Source: Podarcis tiliguerta (Eukaryota). From it: a DNA stretch of 64,000 bases. This document shows positions 1 through 11,699 of this stretch, piece by piece; position 1 is the stretch's first letter; each line of letters starts with the position of its first letter. Location of the stretch: NCBI GenBank assembly GCA_965153285.1, contig OZ229113.1. One strand, given 5' to 3'. The position numbers and the translations under genes are program-made. The notes below the pieces were generated by a model. The model ran no database searches. It had not been told where the DNA came from and saw only the letters and a program-made list of their open reading frames with translations.

Positions 1-891
1 GGCAACAACAACCACCATTTCACAAATAAAATTATGACTTCTGCATCTTAAAGTTCAGTGGTTTCAAACTTCCTACCTTCAAGGAACTATTTCCTCCTGG
101 ACTTTTAATCCTCCTGGACTTTGAAAGATTTACCATGAAATCCCAATGTTCTGCAGATGATTATGAGATGGGGCTGAGGGTACCCATTTCAGGTACTAGC
201 AGAGCTTGTGGACCCTCACTCTTAGCCTCTTAGCCTGAATTAACAGAGCATGTATCCTAGCACAGTGTTTCTCAGACAGTGGGTCTGGACCTACCCGTGA
301 GCCTTGGGACACTGCTGTGCCTCCCCTGCTCCCTAGCCATGCCCTAGCCTTTTGGCTGGACTGATGCCGGCACAGGGGGAATGAGGAACAGACAGGCATT
401 CTTCATTTAAAGATATGCCTATGCAGCAATGGCTATTCCACACCCAGATCACTGCCATTTTAAGTACTCTGTAAATAAACCCCATTGATAATAAAATTGA
501 TCTTTGCTCAATATTAAGTCATACTGGCTTGGTTCCATTCACAGTAATCAAAGCACACTGATTTTGTGTGTGAGAGGCAGAAACAAGACTCAGGCTAACT
601 AGTACACACAGAATACCCAATGTTATTTTGGAGTAAATAAGCATATCCCCAGCTTTTTATAGTACTACATGCTATGATTAGTGGGTTCCTTACTCCTTAT
701 TTATTGACACAACGGGTGTGAAAGCTAAACTAAAGTGAATATATATAAATCTGGTTCATTTTTTCTTCATCAGACACTTTGGAAACAATGTGGGTGGACA
801 GAAGCTGGATTTGAGGTTTGAAACACATTTGGTGTGCAAGCTCTTAAATGCTTCTATATTTAAGAAATCTGTTTGACAGACTGGGCAGTTA

Positions 892-1069
892 AGCATTGCA
901 ATCCTGTATGTGTTCACTCAGTTCCACTGGGTGCAATGAGATTTCCTCCCAGATAAGTGAGTATAGGATTGCAGCCTCATAGTGCAATCCATTCATGTTT
1001 CCCTCAAAGTAAGTCCATCCCTGTTCAATGGGGCTTACACCGAGGAAAATGTAAATAGGATTGCAGTCT
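892..1069. mobile_element. Two adjacent copies of a ~90-bp palindromic MITE (TGCAATCC...GGATTGCA)
   Basis: Inverted ends tgcaatcc/ggattgca occur twice in tandem (~892-978, ~981-1069), with internal gtaagtcc...gggcttac arms. Degenerate relatives lie near 35800-35882 and 60509-60550. Confidence 0.55.
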
Positions 1070-2606
1070 TAATTATCTCACTTTGCAGTGCCTATTAGGC
1101 ACTGTACACCCATCAGTGCTCATCTAATCTAACAGCCCCAAATTATGCTCCATAACACCTGAGAGCTTGCAGTTCATTTTGTTCTCATTATATTTCTGCT
1201 AGTCTGCAATACTGTACTTTGTACAGTATATTGCTTTCCCAGCTACACCATTAGTTAATGTTCTGTTACGCTTAATCACTGCAGTACAGAGATTTACCAA
1301 TTAAACCGATAACCTTGAGGAGGTCATACATACATAAGACAGGAATGATACTCGCTGATGCAACAAGGATGGTGTGCTTCTGAAAACTGGTCTTTCTTCC
1401 TGGATCAAGAACCATGAGCACAGATTGGTACCGGGTGGTGGGGCACTATGTGACTGGATTTCCATATTTAACAGCCTGAGATATGGGTTCAGATTTCAGG
1501 AAAATTCAAAATTTTCTCTGACAGAGCATCACACTAAGTCCTTCCATGTGGTGGAACACTGCAACTCTATATAGAAATAGAAAACACTTTTAATGGAAAT
1601 TAATTCAGAGTTTTCAATCAACAGTAGACACCAACAGGGGCAATTGCACACTAATTAAAAACAACCTCTCAGAATTGTTATTCATATTCACATAGGTTTT
1701 TCTTTTGCTGTCATATGGAGACTGCAGATGCAATTTGACCTTGTCATGAATCTGCTTTGATAAACAGGTTTAGAAATGGGCAAGATATCAAAACTTGGGA
1801 AATGTGAGAAAAAAGCTGAAATAAGGCATGAGTAAGAGAGGCAGGAGTGAGGGGCACATCACATAAGGTTCATGGTGCAGGTTACAGTCTCTCTGCAAGC
1901 AGCCAAACTCACTGGCAGATCTAGGTTCATTCAAATACAAACCTTTGAAAATTTCAAAAGTTCCATTGGCATCAAACAGGAGTGCATTTAAGGGCTACCA
2001 AGGTAATCTACAATTTTAAATCATCAACTTTTCTTTTTTAAAAAATCATAAAACAATATCATAACAAGGTGATTAGGAACATGAAAAGGACACCTTTCAA
2101 ACAGATTGTGAAATTAATTAGATTTTAAAATTTTCCAATAGTTCTCTGGAACAAAGAAGGTTTAACAGCCAGCCTAAAACTAAAACATGAAACCAGCCTA
2201 GCCTTCCAAAGGATGCAAGTTCCATAGTCATGTTGCCACTGCAAAAAAGGCCTGTGCCTCTCTTGATGATGGGACACACAGAAGGTTCAGGGTGATGGCC
2301 TATTAGCCGGAGTCCTACCAAAGATCTGCATAGCATTCGGACATCTGCATAGCCGTCTTCGAATGCAGCAGAAGGTAGAAGGTGGACACAGTTGGAAAGT
2401 GTGTGACCATCTTCCAGATGCTTGCTGGATCAGTCCCAGCTAGAAAGCAGGAATGCCCAGTGGTGGTATTAGTTTTGTTTTAATTTAATGAGAGAATTAC
2501 CTTCAGGGTCTAAAGTTACCGAGTAGTCACAATTGCTGGGCAATAAAAGATTTTCTGTTCAGCAAAGTCATGCTTTAGCAACAAGGTATTCATGGAATCT
2601 GGATTT

Positions 2607-2747
2607 CGTAGAATTGTAGAGTTAGAAGAGACCATGAGAGCCATCTAGTCCAACCCACTGCAATGCAGGAATCTTTTGCCCAACGTGGGGCTTGAACCCA
2701 CAGCCTTGAGATTAAGAGTCTCATGCTCTACTGGCTGAGCTATCCGG
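2607..2747 (-). mobile_element. tRNA-Lys-derived SINE with CR1-type 3' tail (POMSINE / P.s.1-SINE-like)
   Basis: Minus strand reads CCGGATAGCTCAGCCAGTAGAGCATGAGACTCTTAATCTCAAGGCTGTGGGTTCAAGCCCCACGTTGGGCA (tRNA-Lys CTT-like, A and B boxes), followed by a CR1-like tail ...TTGGACTAGATG...TTCTAACTCTACAATTCTACG. Confidence 0.85.
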
Positions 2748-2943
2748 TGAGATTTGCATGCTTGGCTGTTCTGTGTCCTATCTCTGCCTTTGTCCTCTGA
2801 TTCTGACTTGCTATTTGGCCCAGACTTGTGACTTCAGGGCTGGCCTGCCCATAAGGTGCGCTAAGGCAGTGGGCAGTGAACCAGCAAGAGGGAGTGCTCT
2901 CAAATGCCAAGTTTAGTTATGAATTGACTATGCTCCACCTCCA

Positions 2944-3124
2944 ACTTGTATAGAATATCGGGGGGTGTTCGCCAGCTGAGCCCCATCCAAGATAATCAAT
3001 CACAAGATATGGCACATACTCACACCATTTGAATGGCAATGTCCACCAACTTTGGGGGAGCCTACCCCCTCAAATATTTTACAGGGGGCGAAGGGACCTC
3101 TGCTCCTAGGAGTTAGCTTCTATG
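2944..3124. mobile_element. Degenerate hAT-type MITE inserted in a CR1 3' UTR
   Basis: Right end ggagttagcttctatg; flanking duplication acctcca (2937-2943 and 3125-3131); left end eroded. Confidence 0.45.
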
Positions 3125-3290
3125 ACCTCCACAGTTAGAGGCAGCAATGAATACCGCAGGAGGGGAGAATGCTCTTGTGCTTGATTTCTGCTTGAGGGTT
3201 TCTCACATGCATCTGGGTGGCCACCATGAGAACAGGAAGTTGGGCTAGATGGGCCATTGGCTGGATCCAGCAGGCTGTTCTTATGTCTTG
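3125..3290 (+). mobile_element. CR1 LINE 3' UTR fragment
   Basis: ggccaccatgagaacagg...ctagatgggccattggctggatccagcaggctgttcttatg; same family as 34460-34660. Confidence 0.7.
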
Positions 3291-4443
3291 GCAGCAGTCA
3301 TTAAGTTGAGCTATATGAAGCTATGGTAGGCCACATTCTTTTAATCACTGAAATTTCTCTCCCATTTATCCTGAAAACTTGGTAACTCTCCACCTGACCT
3401 AATAAAAGGAAACCGACTGCAGCCTATAAGAGTATCTATTGATCTGTAGGAGCCAGCTTTGAACCAAACCATAAAAAGGAATAGCAAACAAAAGCCCACA
3501 TCCCATTTCCTCACGCTGAAGAATTTTTATGCTGAAAAGATAATGCGAAACACTGGAAGTCTGCTTGAAACATTGCAGCAGGCTGTTTCATTTTTCTTTC
3601 AAACATGTGACACTCACATGGTAGGCAACTGGCTCAATAGCAGATGAAGCCTCCGGTTTGCATGAGAGGAGCTTTCAGTTCTATTTCGGGGCTCTTTCAT
3701 GCCTTTGAAGCCCTCGTCGGCATTGAGGGTGGCTCAAAGTCACAAAATAGTAGTGGGAGCTCTGGGAGACACCAAACGTTCACCAAAGCTTTGAATTTGG
3801 TGCACTTGAATGCACTTGAATTACCCATTTTAACTCAGCATTCAAAAGAGATGCAGATACTACAGCACTAACTTTGCTGGGCTGAACTATTATCACAGAT
3901 TTCTGAACTAAATTCTAATGTTAGTTTTTAAGCCTGGGGGGCTGTGTGTGTGTGTGTAATCCACTGGAAAGGGGGATGAGAAATAACATATTAAATCAGA
4001 ACAAGGAAATAGCAAAAACAAAACAAATGCCATAGCGTGAGTCATGTGAGTAAAGCAGACAGCAAATGGAGAAGTGTCAGCTTTTATGCCTTTGCGCAAT
4101 GACCGCACACTTACAGAGACTTCCATATCAGAATTTCCAGTGCCATTTTACTGGAAGCTGGGACTAAAATGACATATAAAAGTCAATCCGTGATTTGATC
4201 TCCCTTTAGCTCATTGTTGATTTTAATGATTTTGAATATTTTTAAATATCTGGTTTCTAACTGTCTTTTACCAATAGTTTTAATATTTCACTTTTTGTAA
4301 ACCATTATTGCAATCAAGCAGTATATAAATGACATTCAATGTAAACAAATGAATAAATAAACATTGACAAGAAGACAAGTAAGGCAGACATTGAATAAGT
4401 ATGTGAATGGTCTTGGGTAATGTTTCTAGTAGATGCTCTGGAT

Positions 4444-4701
4444 CATGGGTAGGCAAACTAAGGCCTGGGGGGGGGGGGGATCTGGCCCAATCGCCTTCTA
4501 AATCCGGTCCACGGATGGTCTGGGAATCAGCATGTTTTTACATGAGTAGAATGTGTGCTTTTATTTAAAATGCATCTCTGGGTTATTTGTGGGGCATAGG
4601 AATTTATACATTCCCCCCCCCCAAAAAAATATAGTCCAGCCCCCCACAAGGTCTGAGGGACAGTGGACCGGCCCCCTGCTGAAAAAGTTTGCTGATCCCT
4701 G
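4444..4701. mobile_element. hAT (Charlie-like) MITE
   Basis: Ends catgggtaggcaaact / agtttgctgatccctg; 8-bp TSD ctctggat (4436-4443) / ctctgggt (4702-4709). Confidence 0.85.
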
Positions 4702-4875
4702 CTCTGGGTTCTAGTTTTTTGCAGCATTGGGAAACAGAATTTAACTTCTCACAAAGCATGTAGCAAATATGATTTAAAGAAGGAGAAAAGTCCTACTGGA
4801 TTAGACAAAAGGCCTATCTAATCCTGTACCCTGTTGTGGAAAAGCCCGCAAACTGGATTCGAAGGCAACTCAGGC

Positions 4876-5236
4876 GGTAAAGGTAAAGGTACCCCTGCCC
4901 GTACGGGCCAGTCTTGACAGACTCTAGGGTTGTGTGCCCATCTCACTCAAGAGGCCAGGGGCCAGCGCTGTCCGAAGACACTTCCGGGTCACGTGGCCAG
5001 CGTGACATCGCTGCTCTGGCGAGCCAGAGCCGCACACGGAAACGCCGTTTACCTTCCCGCTAGTAAGCGGTCCCTATTTATCTACTTGCACCCGAGAGTG
5101 CTTTCGAACTGCTAGGTTGGCAGGCGCTGGGACCGAACAACGGGAGCGCTCCCCGCCGCGGGGATTCGAACCGCCGACCTTTCGATCAGCAAGCCCTAGG
5201 CGCTGAGGCTTTTACCCACAGCGCCACCCGCGTCCC
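4876..5236 (-). mobile_element. Full-length Sauria SINE (Squam1), young subfamily
   Basis: Minus-strand head GGGACGCGGGTGGCGCTGTGG, B box GGTTCGAATCC, (ACCTTT)n tail; perfect 13-bp TSD aactcaggcggta (4867-4879 / 5237-5249); many CpGs intact. Confidence 0.95.
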
Positions 5237-5695
5237 AACTCAGGCGGTAGCTAGCCAATAAATCATATTACAAACATGCTCTATAGATGCTGTGTCTTCC
5301 AGCCTTGCCTTGTTTCAGAAACTCTCAGCAAAATATCTTTCTATTCCAGAGATTTTGAAGGAAATGGTGCTGTCTCCAAGTAGTAGTTATATCTATAATC
5401 AGCTGATATCACATTTGATGCCATTCACCCATTCTGATGCCTCCAACTTTTAAAGTTTGTTCCATGACAGTATTAAGAAGTTTCACATGTCTCAATTTAT
5501 CCATACATCTGAGTTTGGTTTTCCTTGAGCTCAGGTAGAGTTGTTGATAGTGGGCAGTATCCAACTAACTTGTTCTGTCAGCCCAAGAATTTACACTTGT
5601 GCAATGGAACTCCTCTGCATCTCCCTGCCCCATGTATGCCACACCCTCCATAATCTTCTCCTGAGTGTTGCAGGAACCCCCAGAACAGATTTAGG

Positions 5696-6052
5696 CAGTG
5701 CTTTTGGGGGGGACACGATGCAGGGGTATGAATACCCCTAAACATTTTGTGAATCTAATGGGAGAAGAAACTAAAATATTTAAAAAAATTAGTTTCTTCT
5801 CTAGCAAGGTAAATCGTCAGTTCAATTGAATAGCACGGTGAATTGTCAGTTCCATTGCTACCCCTCATTTCCTGTCACGGTGTTTCCTGAGTCTCAGAGG
5901 GAAGCGAGCAAGCAATGTGTGAAGTAGGAGTTGGAATCTAGCATGGTGCTTGGTCAGTTTCGTTGTTACCACCTCCGATGGCGGCTTCATTTCCTTGAGT
6001 CAAAATGAGAGTACCACTAAATTTTTATTTTTATTTTAGAAAAAAAGCACTG
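5696..6052. mobile_element. hAT MITE (CAGTGCTTTT TIR family)
   Basis: TIRs cagtgctttt / aaaagcactg; perfect 8-bp TSD gatttagg (5688-5695 / 6053-6060). Confidence 0.9.
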
Positions 6053-6079
6053 GATTTAGGGGTGCCTAAGGAGAGGAGA

Positions 6080-8064
6080 AGAACTATGGATGGAGGCTCG
6101 TAACATTATACAGGAGGCAGCAACTAAAACCATCCCAAAGAAAAGGAAATGCAAGAAAGCAAAGTGGCTGTCCAACGAGGCCTTACAAATAGTGGGGGAA
6201 AGAAGGCAAGCAAAATGCGAGGGAGATAGTGAAAGATACATGAAATGCTATTGATTTCCAAAAAATAGCAAGGAGAGGCAAGAAGGCCTTCTTAAACGAG
6301 CAATACAAAGAAATAGAAGAAAACAATAGAATGGGAAAAACCAGAGATCTGTTCAAGAAAATTGGAGATATGAAAGGAACATTTCGTACAAAGATTACCA
6401 TAATAAAAGACAAAAGTGGAAAGGACCTAACAGAAGCAGAAGACATCAAGAAGAGGTGGCAAGAATGCACAGAGGAACTATACCAGAAAGATATGGATGT
6501 CTCGTATACCCCAGGTAGTGTGGTTGCTGACCTTGAGCCAGACATCCTGGAGAGTGAAGTCAAATGGGCCTTAGAAATCACTGCTAATAACAAGGCCAGT
6601 GGAAGTGATGATATTCCAGCTGAACTCTTTAAAATTTTAAAAGATGATGCTGTTAAGGTGCTACACTCAATATGCCAGCAAATTTGGAAAACTCAGCAGT
6701 GGCTAGAGGATTGGAGAAGATCAGTCTACATCCCAATCCCCAAGAAGGGCAGTGTCAAAGAATGCTCTAACTACCGCACAATTGCACACATTTCACAAGC
6801 TAGCAAGGTTATGCTTAAAATTCTACAAGGCAGGCTTAAGCAATATGTGGACCGAGAACTCCCAGAGGTGCAAGGTGGATTTCGAAGGGGCAGAGGAACC
6901 AGAGACCAAATTGCAAACATGCGCTGGATTATGGAGAAAGTTAGAGAGTTCCAGAAAGACATCTACTTCCGCTTCATTGACTATGCAAAAGCCTTTGACT
7001 GTGTCGACCACAGCAAACTATGGCAAGTTCTTAAAGAAATGGGACTGCCTGATCACCTCATCTGTCTCCTGATAAATCTCTATGTGGGACAAGAAGCTAC
7101 AGTTAGAACGGGATATGGAACAACTGATTGGTTCAAAATTGGGAAAGGAGTACGGCAAGGCTGCATATTGTCTCCCTGCTTATTTAACTTATATGCAGAA
7201 TTAATCATGCGAAAGGCTGGGCTGGATGAATCCCAAGCCGGAATTAAGATCGGCGGAAGAAATATCAACAACCTCAGATATGCAGATGATACAACCTTGA
7301 TGGCAGAAATTGAAGAGGAATTAAAGAACCTTTTAATGAGGGTGAAAGAGGAGAGCGCAAAATATGGTCTGAAGCTCAACACCAAAAAAACGAAGATCAT
7401 GGCCACTGGGCCCATCACCTCCTGGCAAATAGAAGGGGAAGAAATGGAGGCAGTGAGAGATTTTACTTTCTTGGGCTCCATGATCACTGCAGATGGTGAC
7501 AGCAGGCACGAAATTAAAAGACGCCTGCTCCTTGGGAGAAAGGCGATGGCAAACCTAGACAGCATCTTAAAAAGCAGAGACATCACCTTGCCAACAAAGG
7601 TCCGTATAGTTAAAGCCATGGTTTTCCCAGTAGTGATGTATGGAAGTGAGAGTTGGACCATAAAGAAGGCTGATCGCCAAAGAATTGATGCTTTTGAATT
7701 ATGGTGCTGGAGGAGACTCTTGAGAGTCCCATGGACTGCAAGAAGATCAAACCACCCATTCTTAAGAATATCAGCCCTGAGTGCTCACTGGAAGGACAGA
7801 TCCTGAAACTGAGGCTCCAATACTTTGGCCACCTCATGAGGAGAGAAGACTCCCTGGAAAAAAGACCCTGATGCTGGGAAAGATGGAGGGCACAAGGAGA
7901 AGGGGACGACAGAGGACGAGATGGTTGGACAGTGTTCTCGAAGCTACTAAAACGAGTTTGACCAAACTGCGGGAGGCAGTGGAAGATAGGAGTGCCTGGC
8001 GTGCTCTGGTCCATGGGGTCACGAAGAGTCGGACACGACTAAGCGACTAAACAACAACAACAAC
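6080..8064 (+). mobile_element. 5'-truncated Bov-B (RTE clade) LINE, ~2 kb
   Basis: Begins in the ORF (EELWMEARNIIQEAATKTIPKKRKCKKAKWLS); ends gtcacgaagagtcggacacgactaagcgactaaa(caa)n; TSD aaggagaggaga (6068-6079) / aaggggaggaga (8065-8076). Confidence 0.97.
6331..7806 (+). pseudogene. Bov-B reverse transcriptase domain (open 491-aa stretch; endonuclease absent; frameshifts near 6245, 7755 and 7860)
   Basis: RT motifs NYRTIAHIS, FIDYAKAFD, GVRQGCILSP, NNLRYADD, FTFLGS. The C-terminus continues in another frame (...KTLMLGKMEGTRRRGRQRTRWLDSV, ORF 7781-8050). Confidence 0.95.
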
Positions 8065-9814
8065 AAGGGGAGGAGAGGGAGGAGGTTCTGAAACTGTACG
8101 TAATTCTTTGATTGAACAGGTTCCGTGAACGCCACCCAGTATTTTAAAAATTACATCCATCACTGGAAACGTTAATACCAAATTAGACTATGGTCACATT
8201 CAGATCTGAAAATGTTTGAATCCACAATGGTTAAAAGCAGAGGTACTTACACAAGCCCTGTACACATTCAACCCTCTGTGTACTGGACCTGACCTTCCTG
8301 TGTTTCTTGAGAACCTCGATAAAGCAGGGTCTTGGATCAAATTCTACTTGTGTTCAAGTAAACATGAACAAAAGCCTCCTGCAGAGTTTCCCAGTTTAAC
8401 ACGGAATTGTCAGGGACTGAGTGGGTGGGGCCAATGTGCATAGGGACATTGGAGGTGGAGCATGCATTCGTGCCTCTCCTCCAACTTTTAACCTGCATGT
8501 GTTCAAGTGAATGCCTGAACACAGCTTCTATATACTGAGATAGCCCACCAGGGCAGTTCTTTAGCAGACTTCCTGATGTAACAGTTGCTGATGAACTGCT
8601 ATCATTCTAGTTCCAATATTATCTACTGCAAACATTGAAAGCTTAACTGCCATTTATCAATTCACCATATTTACATTATTGCACTTGGAAATACCATGGT
8701 AGCTAAAAGCCAATAAAGCACCAATTTACCATCACTTCTGTTCGAAGAAAGTGGCATGTACCAGGACCTTTTGCTGAAATAGCATCTTTGCTAGATCCTA
8801 GCATTTGAAATACGGATACTAATTCCAGTTTATATGCCATTATTAACCTTAAAAAAAAATTACACACAAAAGAGATTGCCTACCCTTGTATAAACTCCGC
8901 TCATCACTTTAAGACCTTGAAAACAGCCGAGAACAGACAACAGCAGCACTTCCTGCTTCATTCTCCTAATGCAGGAATATAACCTCCAACAACACATGCC
9001 AGTGGCAAAATGCCTTTATATATTTCTTAAATTCAGAATTTCAAGCACATCTAAAAAAAATAAAATAAAAACACCTTGCTGATTTTAGGCAGCTATTTAG
9101 GTGTTATTCTACACCTACAGCAACAAGCCAAGGACAATTCGTGAAATTTCCTCACTAAAAAATAGCTCATCATCCGTTGAAACTGTTCGTGCTTGAAGAA
9201 CAAAACAGTGATTGCAATAAATAAACAAACAAATAAACCCCAACTTGTTCTGAATGTCTGAGTTCATATCCAGCTTTGGTAACTATATACTTAGGCATAT
9301 TTATGCCACATTTTCTTCTACTGCAGAGCTACGCTTTTGTGCCCTGCCTGCAAGTAGACTTTTATCGCTTGCAGCTGCTTCCTGCTGAGACAAGACAACA
9401 TCGCATTGTGTGGGAAAGGAGGAGAGTGGCTTAAACATACCTGCAGACATTTGGAAGCTATGTAAGGAGACATAAATTATATTCATATGAATAAGTTTCA
9501 GACATCTTTTCCATATGGGGATAGCTTGGGAATATGTTTAAAGCTGATGTTGATTTTTCCTCCTCTCCCTAGGGTGTAACAGTTATTTAGATACCATGCC
9601 TTCTCAGTCAAAAGCCGAGATAGATTAGAAGCATTTGGAAGAAATGGAAGGAAACAGTCCTCCTTGGAGTCTCATTGGAGCACCCCTTCAGAGTGCTGCA
9701 GATTGAACGTGGATTGAAATGGCACCATCTGACCTAAAGCCATGCCCTAAGACGGTCTTAGTCAATGTGGTGTCCTCAGGCTGTCAGTGGACTACACTCC
9801 CATCAGCCCCAGCC

Positions 9815-9919
9815 CAGGGCTGGATTAACAATTAAGCAAAATAAGCACGTGCTTAGGGCATCAAAGGAAGGCGGGCACCAAAGAATTTTTCCATTGCTGA
9901 ATTTACCACAGACCATATG
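9815..9919. mobile_element. Left end of a hAT-type MITE inside another truncated MITE (9755-9814)
   Basis: cagggctggattaacaattaagcaaaataagcacgtgcttagggc start, preceded by ggactacactcccatcagccccagcc of the short hAT MITE family; no right end seen. Confidence 0.45.
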
Positions 9920-10500
9920 TGTCACGGACTGGCAGGATGCCAGGGAGGAGGAAGAGGAGGAGGCTCCCAGCGAAGAGTACAGCTGGGACTGGGGCACACC
10001 TGGGCAAGCTGGGTATTGGGAAGGTACTCACAGGATGATGGAGGATGGCAAGGGATGGAGGTCAGTGCACAGGAACTAGAGCAGCAGGACCCATCACCAG
10101 AGTCAGAGGGACCCCTGTCTCCACGAACACGGCAAGCTCTGGGGCATAGGGAGCAGTAGGAGTGGTGCTCCAGGAGGCTGAGACAGGCAAGGGCCCACAG
10201 CCCAGATCCCTAGCTGGCCAGGTGGGGCTCGCGAGCTCTGGGAGGTGGTGTGTGATTCCTCAGCTGGAGTAGGTTTGGAACAGGTGAGGGTCACCTGCCT
10301 CATCAAGCCCAGATGCTGCAGTCAGCATGCAAAGTCAAAAAGGGAAGCAGAGCTGAGATGCTGGGTCTGGTCACCTGCCCATGTTGGTGGACCTTGGCTT
10401 GGGTGTTCTGGTACCTCTATGGGACTGTGCTTTGGGTTTGACCCTGAACTGTATCCTGACTGCTGGATTTCAGACTTGGTTACTTGGATTGACCCTCAGG
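9920..10500 (+). mobile_element. Probable LTR fragment (Gypsy-like), 3' end missing
   Basis: Abrupt start TGTCACGGAC, purine-rich U3-like segment, then ggact/gaccct-rich repeats. No CA terminus or TSD found. Confidence 0.4.
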
Positions 10501-10548
10501 CATTCCTAATTGCCAAATCCAAGCCTCTCAGCTCTAAATAATTTAAGT

Positions 10549-11440
10549 GGTGTTGTTTAGTCGTTTAGTTGTGTCCAACTCTTCATGACCCCATGAACCA
10601 GAGCACACCAGGCACTTCTGTCTTCCACTGCCTCCCGCAGTTTGGTCAAACTCATGTTGGTAGCTTCGAGAACACTGTCCAAGCATCTCGTCCTCTGTCG
10701 TCCCCTTTTCCTTGTTCCCTCAATCTTTCCCAACACCAGGGTCTTTTCCAGCGAGTCTTCTCTTCTCATGATGTGGCCAAAGTATTGGAGCCTCAACTTC
10801 AGGATCTGTCCTTCCAGTGAGCACTCAGGGCTGATTTCCTTCAGAATGGATAGGTTTGATCTTCTTGCAGTCCATGGAAGTCTCAAGAGTCTCCTCCAGC
10901 ACCATAATTCAAAAGCATCAATTCTTCGGCGATCAGCCTTCTTTATGTTCCAGCTCTCACTTCCATACATCACTACTGGGAAAACCATAGCTTTAACTAT
11001 ATTGACCTTTGTTGGCAAGGTGATGCCTCTGCTTTTTAAGATGCTGTCTAGGTTTGTCATTGCTTTACTCACAAGAAGCAGGCGCGTCTTAATTTCGTGA
11101 CTGCTGTCACCATCTGCAGTGATCATGGAGCCCAAGAAAGTAAAATCTCTCACTACCTCAATTTCTTCCCTTTCTATTTGCCAGGAAGTGATGGGACCAG
11201 TGGCCATGATCTTAGTGTGTGTGTCTTTAGTGTGTGTGTTTTTTAGTTTTTTTAGTTTTTGTCCATGGAGTTTTCTTGGCAGGGATACTTGAGTGGCTTA
11301 CCGGTTCCTGCTCCAGGTGGAACACATTTAGTCAAAACTCACCACTATGACCTGTCCATCTTGGGTGGCCCTGCACGGCATAGCTCATAGCTTCTTATTC
11401 AAGTCCCTTTGCCACAACAAGGCAGTGATCCACGAAGGAG
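10549..11440 (-). mobile_element. Internally deleted Bov-B: 5' UTR (11261-11440) joined to 3' end (10549-11215)
   Basis: 3' part encodes the in-frame C-terminal 216 aa and ends in a degenerate CAA tail. 11261-11440 resembles the Bov-B 5' region (gtccatggagttttcttggcagggatact...actatgacctgtccatcttgggtggccctgcacggcatagctcatag). TSD aaataatttaagt (10536-10548) / aaagaatttaagt (11441-11453). Confidence 0.85.
10557..11207 (-). pseudogene. Bov-B ORF C-terminal fragment (216 aa)
   Basis: MATGPITSWQIE...FTFLGSMITADGD...RRIDAFELWCWRR...LKLRLQYFGHIMRR; highly similar to the copy at 7399-8050. Confidence 0.93.
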
Positions 11441-11699
11441 AAAGAATTTAAGTACGTAACCTGAATTTAAGGTACACGTTAAGTATTGATTCTCCTTAGG
11501 TACGTGAGGAATGCTGTGGTCCAGGACAAGGTAGAATGACACCATGCTTCAAATAACAGAGCTGGCAGGAATTCAGAACCTTAAGACCATGAGAAACCTA
11601 ACTACTTGCACTTAAATTTTACCCATTGCAGAAAATATATGATTTTTTTAAAAAGATCATAGCCTCAACATTTATAGCAAGACTTATAATTATTTACAC

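Noticed and set aside
2678-2747. tRNA-Lys(CTT) gene
   Set aside because: It has substitutions, is fused to a CR1-type tail and recurs three times, so it is a SINE head.
6183-8022. Overlapping antisense and alternate-frame ORFs (136, 193, 134 aa, etc.)
   Set aside because: They are shadows of the Bov-B coding sequence, not independent genes.
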